Source: Phaeosaccion multiseriatum
Lineage: Eukaryota > Protista > Ochrophyta, other classes
Assembly (NCBI GenBank): GCA_965112735.1
Contig: OZ218959.1
Span: 1,860,001-1,924,000, forward strand
DNA length: 64,000 nt
Direction of reading: 5' to 3'
Each line of letters begins with the position of its first letter. Position 1 is the stretch's first letter. Positions 12,623 through 32,636 of this stretch are shown here, piece after piece. The notes below the pieces were generated by a model. It ran no database searches, was not told the DNA's origin, and saw nothing but the letters and a program-made list of their open reading frames with translations. A program made the position numbers and the translations under genes.

Positions 12623-13021
12623 TTACCTAGTTAACAACCAAAAAAACAATCAGTTTTGAAGCTACGTTATGATGTACATGTAGGTAAGTGGGTACTGGAC
12701 GAACGTACTAACTCTATGCTTAGGAGCGTTTGTGCCCCCCTGTGAACAACAGCAACCTACCCTCAGTTCTCAGTTAAGGTAGGGGTATAAACGCCCCAGC
12801 AAGGAAGGGGCGTTTGCCTTTCTCATTTCATTGTGCATGCGTCCACTGCAGTTCCCATTCGACCAATACGAACGGTGCCACGTCTAATGAGCTATTGAGG
12901 GAAAGACGAGGGGTCGCAGCCCCACATGCGTGTCGCCCCTCCTCCCCACCGTGTTGTTTGTTGTGGATGGCCTTTGCTGTGCGGCCGGGCGGGTGTGACT
13001 ATCTGCTTCTCATGTCGTCCC

Positions 13022-13844
13022 TCATTTCGTCTTTTGTTGGCTTGACTCCATATCTTCTTTCGCCAAGCACAAAGCTGCCGAACTAAGCTGGGCAAAGTTG
13101 GTGAACTGCTTCACGCAGCAGGCAGGGAGACATACGAAGAGCACGGCTTCGCGGAGGCTCAGCCGCAGAGAATCGCTCAGTTCAAGACTCGCGTCGGGGT
13201 TGAAGTGAAGCAGATACAAGCCGATGTAGAAGAATTCAGTGAACACACAGCTGGAGGGAGGAAGGGGATGATGCGAGAGACAGCGGACAGGAGGGGAGGG
13301 GTAGGGGGGGGATGGGGTCAAGGTTGGGTGGGTCATTCGCGCAGGGCCGGACATAGCGGATCAAGCACCTTCTGCCCATGTCACTTTTCACTACTCCCTT
13401 CTCCCTCCCTGGGCTCCCTTCTCATCCCCTCACCCCACCAACACTTCGACCCAACGTCCAAGGCGAGCACCGTCTTTCCACTCTTGGGTCCAGGCACCCA
13501 ACTATTAGGTCGCCATTCTTGTAGGCATACGTACCAGTAGGCAAAAAAGTAGAAATTGCCGTAATACCACCGTAGAATAAAGTTCCTCCCCTGGAGAGTG
13601 TCCTTGCCCTTGTGGTGGCCGGTCCCTGCCACGCTTATTACGTGCATCCAGTGACTAAAGAGGTCCAGGAACATGAGGCCGATGAAGACAATGGCGTACT
13701 CCTTCTTCCAGAGAGTGGCCAGAATGCACAGCAGTCCCGCCGTGGAGCAGCGGTCTGTCACCATGTCTAACACGGCACCGAACTTGGAAGCTTTTCCAAG
13801 AGAGAGCGGGAGGGGGGGAGGGAGGGAGGGAGAGAGAGCGAGAG

Positions 13845-13896
<52 letters not shown>

Positions 13897-14445
13897 GGCG
13901 GAAGGGAGAGAGAGATAGAGGGAGACGTAGACACATAGAGGGAAGAAGAAGGAGAAGAAATGAATGAGCCTCGCGGCAGCAGCAGCAGCATCTGAGGCAG
14001 TCAAGAAGGTTGAACATCTGTGAAAGAGGGTCTGGTTTCAGGAACAGCAGGACAACCAACGACAGCCGAACACGACCCTCCTCACTCACATTGTCCCATA
14101 AGCCTTGCCACGTAGCCGTCGATCGCATCCGCCGTGAAGGCCAGCGTATAAAACAGCATGCTCAACTGCCAACTGCTGTAGGCCAGATAGAAACTCAGCA
14201 TCACGAAGACGACACGAGCATAGCCTGATCAAGAGGGCCAGACAGTGCAAAGTGGGGGAGGGCGGGGGGGGGGGGTTGGGGATAGTGTGTGAGTCGGAGA
14301 GCAGTGGAAGGAGGGAAGGGAGAAGGGAAGAAAGGAGAAGGAGAAAGGGAGGGTACTTTCTCTCCAGCCAACTCGGGGCTTGCCCCATCAGCTCACTCCT
14401 GCACGTACCGATTAGATTCGGATAATAAAGGAGTACGTGAGTCAT
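13022..14445 (-). CDS. PIS1: Phosphatidylinositol synthase (CDP-DAG:inositol 3-phosphatidyltransferase)
   Basis: YYPNLIGYARV and the CDP-alcohol phosphotransferase motif DAIDGYVAR...SKFGAVLDMVTDR, plus LDLFSHW. Exons 14445-14409, 14224-14090, 13790-13535 and 13250-13022. Confidence 0.93.
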
Positions 14446-14593
14446 TGTCCTTGTCCTCGTTTGGAAAAGAAGAAGGATTTAAAAAAAAAAAAGACTAGAA
14501 GCATCCCGGAAGTGCTCAGACCATCTGTGACTCTGAGTGGATGATGAAGAGGCGAAGCAAGCAAGAAGCCCACACAGACAAAATCGAGTCCCC
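14446..14593. promoter_or_regulatory. Very compact bidirectional promoter between PIS and TPS
   Basis: Only 148 bp separate the divergent ATGs. Contains a poly-A tract and the imperfect palindrome GCATCCCGGAAGTGC (14501-14515). Confidence 0.55.
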
Positions 14594-23371
<8,778 letters not shown>

Positions 23372-23525
23372 GATCAGAACCCCAAAGGGTGGCGGCAGCA
23401 GCAGCAGTTGGTGATATAGCAGCAGCTCAAGATGCAGGGCACGTTGGTTCGTGCGGACAGACGCAGTCGATGGGGGGTGTAATGGTGACTGGTGGAGTCC
23501 CTCGTGTACAAAATGAGAACGAAGT

Positions 23526-23732
23526 ACCATATCGTACCATAAGGAAACACATCACCTTGGAGAGCTCGTTCCGATGGGGAGGACTGACGAGTGGGAGGGA
23601 TATATACAAGGCCTACTATATACTTAGTACTATATATTACAAGGGGGGGAGCCATTACTTTTAGACAACCATTTGGAGTTTTGTAGAACCGTCGTCGCCA
23701 ACTGTGGATCCCTCTTCCTTGGTTTGTGTTTT
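23526..23732. repeat. Left, internally deleted copy of a segment duplicated on both sides of the YR element
   Basis: 23526-23652 matches 28470-28596, and 23646-23732 matches 28739-28825. The two parts join at the GGGGAGC microhomology. Confidence 0.85.
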
Positions 23733-24407
23733 CACGGCCTTCCCGGTCGGGTACCTCCCCCCACACTCACAAATGCCCACACAATAGTATTACAGTTAGG
23801 TAAAAGGGGGTACTTGCCAGTCGGAAGTTAGAGAGGAGGACGAGTCTTTGCGCACCCGGCACCGCCCCCCTGACGGTGCCGCGCACACTCCAACCCACCC
23901 GATTCTCTATCTCCCCGCGGTAGATACCAATGGGTACCCCTCGAATATCTCCCCACTGAGTCCACCAGTCCCCCGGGGCGGGTGGGTGGGAGAAGATTCA
24001 CCGCGTTAGCTGCTTTCAGGGCAGCGACTCCTATCCTCACTTCCACTCCACCACACCACACCACAGTCCTCTTATGCCACACCCTCAAGTTTCTAACCTA
24101 CCCTCCCTTGCCAGTCCGTGAAAAGTCGTTTTTCCCACCGGGGTTACGAAAACTCCCCTTTCACGGCCTTCCCGGTCGGGTACCTCCCCCCACACTCACA
24201 AATGCCCACACAATAGTATTACAGTTAGGTAAAAGGGGGTACTTGCCAGTCGGAAGTTAGAGAGGAGGACGAGTCTTTGCGCACCCGGCACCGCCCCCCT
24301 GACGGTGCCGCGCACACTCCAACTCAACTGGATTTCCAGTCCCTCAACTCGTCCCTCCGGCTCGCCTCTCCCCCCCCTCACCTTCCCCTCCACACTCCAC
24401 TACTCCA

Positions 24408-25250
24408 TCACCATCCGCATCCCCAGTCTTTGTCTGCCCCCGCCTCTTTAACCCCCAAACAATGGTCCCACGTCCTCAACCCCCCTACTGTGACAGTATC
24501 CCCCCTTCGTGCCAGTATCTCCGACACCCTATCCGACTCCTCCACGTTCGGCCGAATATACCGCATGAACGCCTTGGTCTTCCACCTCCCTTCCACTTGA
24601 ATCGTCGAATCTGACGCTCCCCTTGCCGCTAGTGTCGTTGCACCCCCAACACGAAAGGAGTGCAGTGCATATACCGAGGGATCAAGTCCCAAGGCAGTCA
24701 CTGCCCTCCTCATCTCCTTTGTGACCTCCGTCCGTTTAAAGCACGTCCAACCGCCCTTATCCCACCACGCTGACAATGGCAGAGTTCGCGTAACCTGACC
24801 CCTCCCGTCTCCCTCGTCCTGTAGATCCAAGACGCGCTGAATAAGCTCCAGTGCCCCTTTTCCCATGTCCACTCGCCTCCCACACAACCCCGCTCCCACA
24901 CTCATTTGATCGCCCTCTGATCCTCTGATCGTATCTCCACCCTGTCTGCCACATGCCGGTGCTTCAACGAGACTCTGCAGCTCCCCTTGAAGAAATGTAG
25001 ATCCTCTCGCGTCAGACCAAAGGTTGGATGGCCCTTCCCCGTTTCATCGTAACCCCACAGTTCGCTTGCACGTAGCAGCGGGAAGTAGGATATGCCCATA
25101 CCACACCACATTGCCTCCCCCCTCACCCCCCACACCCACATTGCCCTCCGCTGACTGGAGCATGACCCACGTAAACGGCTGTCGCACTGTGTTCTTCCCC
25201 TTGCTCCCCATCCCCTTCTGCCTCTTCATTCCCTTCCTGAACCACCACCA
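24408..25250 (-). pseudogene. Tyrosine recombinase of the YR element, frameshifted
   Basis: KGMKR...RQPFT, YFPLLRASEL and HSFRVGGATT...GRWKTKAFMRYIR (R...HxxR...W...Y) are split over three frames. Confidence 0.88.
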
Positions 25251-26420
25251 GCTCCGCCATCGCCACCATCGCCAACAATCCCAATAGATTGATTGACACC
25301 CTCCGATGATTGGCCACCTTGTCTCCACCATCCCCCTCCTCCCCAACGAAGCGTCCCTTCAGGCTCACTCCTTCCATCTCCTCCATCCCCAACCTCCACC
25401 ACCAGCCCAGCTCCTCACAATAGCCTCCAATTGCCTGCTTTGATGCGTCCGTGTACCACGCCATCACCGGTGGTAGCTCGATGTGTACCATCATTGGGGT
25501 AACCAGCGACTGCCTCATCTGGTCCTCCCGGTGCCCCAGCCTCCTCCACCACTCCAAGTCTTCAAAGACCTCACTCGACCCTCGCCACCTGCCATTCCTC
25601 GCTGTGGCTTGTGCTGTCGCCAGGCGCCACCAGAAGTACTTCCCCGCTCGAACCACAAAGGAGAAGTGTAGCAGCTTCCCTGCTAGCGACTCCACCTCCT
25701 TCTTCGTAGCGTACACCTTCTTCCTCGTGGTCCATACTTCGTCCAGCAAGTGCTTGAGCTCTCCCAGCTTCTTCTTCGACAAAGTAATGGTTAATGCCGC
25801 AGTGTTCACCTCCCAACCCAGCACCTCCAACTCAACCGTCCAGGGCGACGTCTTTTTCTCCGCTACACAGCACGGATGACCCGGCCTCGGGAAACCCAAT
25901 ATCTGGAAGTGGGCCTCAATCAAGCTCGCTGAAACGGTCCGGAGATACGCCTCACTGTGCATGATGCACGCCAAGAGGGCATCATCTACATACATGTGAC
26001 CCCTATGCCTCTCATCCTCCCCGCCCCTCGCCGCCGCCATGAGATCCGCTGATGGTCTTTCCCTCGCCTCTACCTCCACAATCTGCACGTCGGGCCCCGG
26101 CACCACCACCTCAATACTGCTCGCCACAGCTTGGAACCACCCAGGGCTCCCTAGCCACCCAAAGACCAACCGACAGTCCACCACTACCATCCCTTCCCAC
26201 CGGTAACAGAACCACTTCACACTCTCCAGCGCCACCATCACTTGCCGAAAAGCTGACTTGACATCCAGTTTGCTCAAGAAGATGTGCTGCCCCGGGTATT
26301 TCGCCCGAAGACACCACACCAGCTCGATGAGAGCCCGAAGTACCCGGCCGCACAAGCTCTCAGGCACACTATCCGCCATGGTAACAGCGTTTGCTGCCAT
26401 CTGCTTCAGACACACAAGCT
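25251..26420 (-). pseudogene. DIRS-type reverse transcriptase and RNase H, truncated by deletions
   Basis: KLDVKSAFRQV, RLVFGWLGSPGWF, YVDD, LEVLGW, LAGKL and WYTDAS...GG. The RNase H stops at INLLGLLAM and joins the YR N-terminus. Confidence 0.88.
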
Positions 26421-26603
26421 GGTCCCCCAACGACTGCCCTGCCGCCAACCGAGCCTTCCCCTCCTCCCACCCTCGCTGCATGCTAGTCGGCACGCCTGAG
26501 CCTCCCACCCCAATGCCCCCTGCACCGGGCCCCTCCCCAGTACCCACTGTACCGAGGCCCACAGACCGCACCCCAATGCTCCCTGCACCATGCCACACCC
26601 CAG

Positions 26604-27730
26604 TGCCGACGGCACCAGGGCCCTCAGACCGCTCCCCGGTACCGACGGTCCCAGGGCCCTCAGACCTCTCCCCGGTACCGACGGCACCAGGGCCCTCAGA
26701 CCTCTCCCCAGTACCAACGGTACCAGGGCCCTCAGACCTCTCCCCAGTACCGACGGTCCCAGGGCCTCTACCCCCGGTCCCGACGGCACCAGGGCCCTCA
26801 GGCCTCTCCCCAGTACCAACGGTACCAGGGCCCTCAGACCTCTCCCCAGTGCCGACGGTCCCAGGGCCTCTACCCCCGGTCCCGACGGCACCAGGGCCCT
26901 CAGACCTCTCCCCAGTACCAACGGTACCAGGGCCCTCAGACCTCTCCCCAGTACCGACGGTCCCCGGGGCCTCTACCCCTGGTCCCGACGGCACCAGGGC
27001 CCTCAGGCCTCTCCCCAGTACCAACGGTACCAGGGCCCTCAGACCTCTCCCCAGTACCGACGGTCCCAGGGCCTCTACCCCCGGTCCCGACGGCACCCGG
27101 GCCCTCAGGCCTCTCCCCAGTACCAACGGTACCAGGGGCCTCAGACCTCTCCCCGGTACCGACGGTACCAGGGCCCTCAGACCTCCCGACCCCCGAGACC
27201 CCTGCCCTGGGCCCCGCCCCAGTGCCCCCTGCACCAGGCCCCCCCACCCCTCTCACGGTCCCACACCCCGGCCCCGGTGGGGCATACTCACCCGATAACC
27301 GGGGCAAGCCCCCCGGGCCCCGCCCCAGTGCCCCCTGCACCAGGCCCCCCCCCACCCCCGCACTGTCCCACACCCCTGCCCAGTTGGGGCATACTCACCC
27401 GATCACCGGTGCAAGCCCCCTTGCCCCGGCAACCTCTGTGCGTCACTCCTTCCCTGCCCCGGGCCCCGCCCCAGTGCCCCCTGCACCGGGCCCCCCCACC
27501 CCTCCCACTGTCCCACACCCCTGCCCAGTTGGGGCATACTCACCCGATCACCGGTGCAAGCCCCCTTGCCCCGGCAACCTCTGTGCATCACTCCTTCCCT
27601 GCCCCGGGCCCCGCCCCAGTGCCCCCTGCACCAGGCCTCCCCACCCCTCCCACTGTCCCACACCCCTGCCCAGTTGGGGCATACTCACCCGATCACCGGT
27701 GCAAGCCCCCTTGCCCCAGCAAACCTCTGT
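26604..27730. repeat. Internal minisatellites of the YR element: 36/30-bp units in a ~102-bp higher-order repeat, then ~145-bp units
   Basis: GGTACCAGGGCCCTCAGACCTCTCCCCAGT recurs at 26719, 26821 and 26923. The 145-bp unit recurs at about 27312, 27458 and 27603. Confidence 0.9.
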
Positions 27731-28469
27731 ACGTCATGGCGCGGGAGCGTTCAGCTCGCCCACCGGTGCCACCGAGCCCCCTTCCACTGCTAGCAGCCAG
27801 TGCTGGGCCGTCGCCCATCCGTCTGCCGCGGTGCCCAGCTCAATCACGAAACGCTGCGTGTCCAAATCAATGGCGTGCACGAAACGGATGTCTCCCTCTC
27901 TCTCCCTCTCTCTCTCTCTCTTCTTCTCCCTCTCCCTTTCTCTCCCTCTCTCTCCCTCTCTCTCACTACCGCCGCTGCCACCGCAGGTCCCCCCTCCATG
28001 CCTGCCGCTGCTGCCCCCGCCCCCCCCCTGCCCGAGCCGCCAGCGCCCCCATCCGTTCCGGAAGAGCTCCGACCTGCTCCCCAAGATCTCCAACCTCCCC
28101 TTCTTCTACCCGCTCCAGCACCGCCCTGTTGTCCACCGCCCCTTCCCAAACCGTGACCGACAATTGCTCCGTGAGCTGAGCCATAAGCGGCGGGAAAGAA
28201 ACGCACTGAAGCTGAGCGGGATTCGCGGATTATCCGCCCTCTTATAAACACCTCTTTTGCTCTCCTTCACCTTCCTTCCTTCTTTTAATTTTATCTTCTC
28301 TTCGCACTGAGTCGTCCCCCGGAGAAGATTCACCGCGTTAGCTGCTTTCAGGGCAGCGACTCCTATCCTCACTTCCACTCCACCACACCACACCACAGTC
28401 CTCTTATGCCACACCCTCAAGTTTCTAACCTACCCTCCCTTGCCAGTCCGTGAAAAGTCGTTTTCCCAC

Positions 28470-28825
28470 ACCATATCGTACCATAAGGAAACACATCACC
28501 TTGGAGAGCTCGTTCCGATGGGGAGGACTGACGAGTGGGAGGGATATATACAAGGCCTACTATATACTTAGTACTATATATTACAAGGGGGGGAGCTTTT
28601 AATATATTACACCCTTAAGTGCCATCTATGGTTGTCTAAAAGTAATGTCTCACCGCCCCGGGGAACTTAGCCCTCGAGGTCGTGTCCCTCTGACTCATCA
28701 GTTCTTCCCATTGGAACAAAGTTGATACCAGCCAGGAAGGGGAGCCATTACTTTTAGACAACCATTTGGAGTTTTGTAGAACCGTCGTCGCCAACTGTGG
28801 ATCCCTCTTCCTTGGTTTGTGTTTT
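28470..28825. repeat. Right, full-length copy of the duplicated flank, containing a perfect 20-bp inverted repeat
   Basis: ATGGTTGTCTAAAAGTAATG (28628-28647) is the reverse complement of 28746-28765. Confidence 0.85.
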
Positions 28826-28915
28826 TCAACGATCCCATGCACGTATTGTTAGCAAGCAGCAGAAAGCATGCGTAGAGAGGCATAGACAGAGAGAGACTGG
28901 GAGCTCAGCACAATA

Positions 28916-31421
28916 ATGTCTGCAAAGGTGAAGGAATATCTCGCTAGAAAGAAGGAGGAGAAGCGGAAAGAGGAGGAGCTAAAGGCCTCTGATAAGGCAG
29001 CCATCCAACTGCAGCGACGGAGGCACTTCTCTTCTGCAGCTGCGAGCGGGACGACCGCCGCCGATGCTGCTTCCCATGCCGCTTCTGAAGACGACTCTCG
29101 TTCGTCGTCTTCGTCTTTTCGAAGGCCGCACCAGCGCCCCTCTGAATCATCTTCGTCGTTCGGAGGTCGGATTCCTAAGCGGAAGCTCCCATCCCAGCAG
29201 GTAGGGTAGCAATCTCGCTCGCTATCGAGGCACAGCACAACCAAGCAGATGCGGCGGGGCTCGCCCGCGCTTCGTTATCACTTGCAACGCTGCCCTGACT
29301 TCGGTAGCATACTTCACACATATCCGCTTATAGTCCTTCCTAATCGTCACCCTCTCTGTGTCTCTGAGCACCTCTCCTCCTCCTCCTCCTCCTCCTCCTC
29401 CTCCTCCTCCTCCTCCTCCTCCTCCTCCTCCTCCTCCTCCTCCTCCTCCTCCTCTTCGTTGCCACAGTCCCAAGTCCGCAGCAGCGGCCCTTCCATCAGT
29501 TTCCGACAGATCAACATGACTACCAAAGCAGAGCCGACCACCGAAGACCTCATCAAGGCCATTGCCTCGTGGGACTTCTTCGAAGAGCTGACCGCAGAGG
29601 TCACCAACACGAGGTATCATGCAGCGCTAGAGTGCAGCGCTAGAGTTGGAGGAGGGAAGGTAGTATTAGGTCTACGTATCACGGCGTCTACGCTACTACT
29701 ACTGCTGCTGCTGATGCTACTACTACTACTGCTACTACTACTAATACTGCTACTACTGCCTCTACTACTGCCTTGACTGTGCTGGAGATGAGGCTTGAGG
29801 TGGGATGAAGCCCTCATTCGATACGAACCCTAACCTTCTCCCCCAATTCCCCTTGTCCCCCCCTCTCTTCCCTCCCCCCCCCCCTCCCCTCGCCCCTCGC
29901 ATCCGACTGAATCCTTATCCCATTCCCGTCCGTCCGACTCCTACACACCCCACCCCACCCCACCCCACCCCAACCTACCCTCCCTCCCTCCCTCTCTTCT
30001 CCCATCCACAGACCAGCCTACGAGGCTAAGCATGCCCGAGATATGCCCAGCATCAGCATTCCTGACACCTTCTCATCTGCCCAAGACTATATTGATACCT
30101 GGAGCCCCCTCGTCGTGAGGGAGATACGCGCTGTGTCCCTCAAGACCATCATTATGGAAGGCACCAAGGAAAGCCCTATACCCGTTACGCTGACGGAAGC
30201 GCAGACTCCGGAGCTCACGGCGACCATGACCAATGTGTACGCCACGCTTGAGAAGAACGACAAGGGCAGGTGAGGAGAGAGGGAGAAAGGGAGAAGGAAG
30301 GGACGAGAGAGAGGGAGAGAGAGAGAAGAGCGAGCTGTGTGGAAGGAGGGATGGATCCACGACGAGGGAGATGGGAGCCCATCATACCCGCAAGCACACA
30401 CAAACACAACCTCCACCGTCTGAGACGTTGGTGTGCCCCTTCCCTTCTACTTTGCTCCCTGCCATTTGCTGCCATCGCTTTAGTCTGCTACTCCTCCTCA
30501 TTTTCTCCCACCTCCGCCCCCCGTTTTTTCTGTGGCTTTCTGTCTGTCTCTCACCCCCTCTCTCTTCCCTCTTGCTTCTCTCTCCGCCTGTCTCCCTCCC
30601 TCTCCCTCCCTCCTTTCCCTCCCTCCCTCTCTTCCCACACTCTCCGCCCTTGTTCTCCCTCCGACTCTCTCCCTCCCTTCTTCTCTGCTCTCCTTTTTGA
30701 CTCGGATCGGCGAAGCTACCCGCCCTCAAGGAGTCTGCCTACATCAAACAGCCTCGTGCTCTTTATGGGCACCGATACGACGCTCACAGAGGTTTTGAGC
30801 CTCCCCGACGAGAGACAGCAACAGCACAGACAGCAACGGAAACCGCAGCAGCAGCAGCAGAAATCTTCCAGTGCCTCGTCTGCCCGGAGCAGTGATTCTG
30901 AGGCCCCAGAGGCAGTAGATGCGTTTGCAGCAGCCCTGGCCGCCGCGGCAGGAGGAGGAGGAGGAGGGGAGGCGGAGAAGGAGAAGGAGGAGGAGGAGGA
31001 GAAGGAGGAGGAAGGGGCTGTGGTTGTCATCGACGGAGATGGCAATGACGGCGATGAGGGAGGGAGGGGCTCCCCCTCCCCTCCCGCTGCTACGGCTGCT
31101 CGCTGGCGAGGGCTGCTGGGCGTGTGTACAGCAGGCTCCCACTCCAAGTTCGGCCTCACCTTCCGCCTGCACAGGGGCATGCTCGAGCAACACGTGTACT
31201 CTTCTCCGGGCCACTCCCGACGGATGTGGATGGTCCCATTGGGCTCCATCACGCCCTCTATGCGAGAGTATGAGGTGAGGAGGGGCTGTGGGGTGGGGGA
31301 GGAGGGGGAGGAGGGGGAGTGGGGTCGGTATGTTGACTCACTTTGTGTTTGTTCGTTTGTGTGTCTTTCAGTCTGTCTGTCTCTGTCTTGTCTGTTTGTC
31401 TGTCTGTCTGTCTGTCTCTCT

Positions 31422-31453
<32 letters not shown>

Positions 31454-32239
31454 CAGTCCTCTCTCTGCGTGTCCCCCCACCACCAAACCACCCCTCGGCG
31501 CGGCCTCCCACCTCCATTCCCGTCCTTGCTCTTGTGTACTCAACTTCGTTGATGCAACGCTCCAACGCCCCCCCTCCTCCTCCTCCTCTACGTAACCCTC
31601 CTCCCTCCTCCTTCCTCTACTTACCCCCCCCCGCCCCCCTAAAGGTCCTCACCCAACTGCGAAGCGTCAAGCTCCTCCCTCAACTCTTCCAGGGGGGATC
31701 CAAGGCTCTTCTAAGTGGGGGTGGTGGGGGTGGTGGCCAGCAGAAGCAGCGCAAGAGGCCGAGGCAGGAAGGCGCTGCATCAGCAGTTGGTGATACAGCT
31801 TCATCAACTTCACTCCGCCCCCCGCCTCCGCGACCCCCGCCCCCGAGACAGGCGCCCCCACCAGAGCTGCTCGCACAACAGGCCAGAGCGAAGGCAGCAC
31901 ACGCGAGGGCAGCAGCAGCAGTTGGTGATACAACAGCACCGCTTCAGGCTATTGACCTCACAGAAGACGCCAGTGGTGCGGCAGTTGGTGATACAGCAGC
32001 AGCAGCAGCAATAGGCAGCGGCCAAAACGGTGGTAGCGAGGACAGTGGTAGTGCTGATGGTGGTAGTAGTGGTAGCAGTGGTGGCAACCGGGGCAGTGGG
32101 GGCAGCATTAGCCCCGAAGGTGAGCAAAGCCGTAACATCATGGCCATGGATCCGCATCCGCTTGTTGATGACCCGAATGGAGGATCGGGGGGTGGTGCTG
32201 TTGCTAAAAGAAGGAGTCAGTCGACCTCATTCCCATCTG

Positions 32240-32299
<60 letters not shown>

Positions 32300-32599
32300 T
32301 CCCTCCCTCTCTCTCTCTTTCTCTCTCTCTCTCCTCCCTCTCTCTCTCTCACTCACTCACTGCCTTTCGCTGCCTCTCAGCTGTGGTTCACATGGAGAAG
32401 TATCTCGGGGCGCCGTTCCTGAAATGGATGCATGGCCGTTACAACAGGAGTCAGGTATGTATGCACAAGGGTAGTGGTATAGGGCGAGAGGCACGCTCGG
32501 CAAAGGCTTGCTGCTCTTATCCCAGCTGCTGTTAGTTACTCTCGGCTTCCACCTCTCGTGCAACGACTATCATCTGTTTGTTGTTTGTGCTTTACCCTC

Positions 32600-32636
<37 letters not shown>

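Larger units (their letters stand above)
23730..28469 (-). mobile_element. Tyrosine-recombinase (DIRS-order) retrotransposon with split direct repeats (Ngaro/PAT-type), degenerate
   Basis: On the minus strand: A1 (28469-28321), gag remnant, RT/RNaseH, YR, B1 (24323-24159), A2 (24138-23989), B2 (23894-23730). Confidence 0.9.

Noticed and set aside
26258-28247. Long Pro-rich plus-strand ORFs
   Set aside because: They are by-products of stop-free GC-rich minisatellites inside the YR element.
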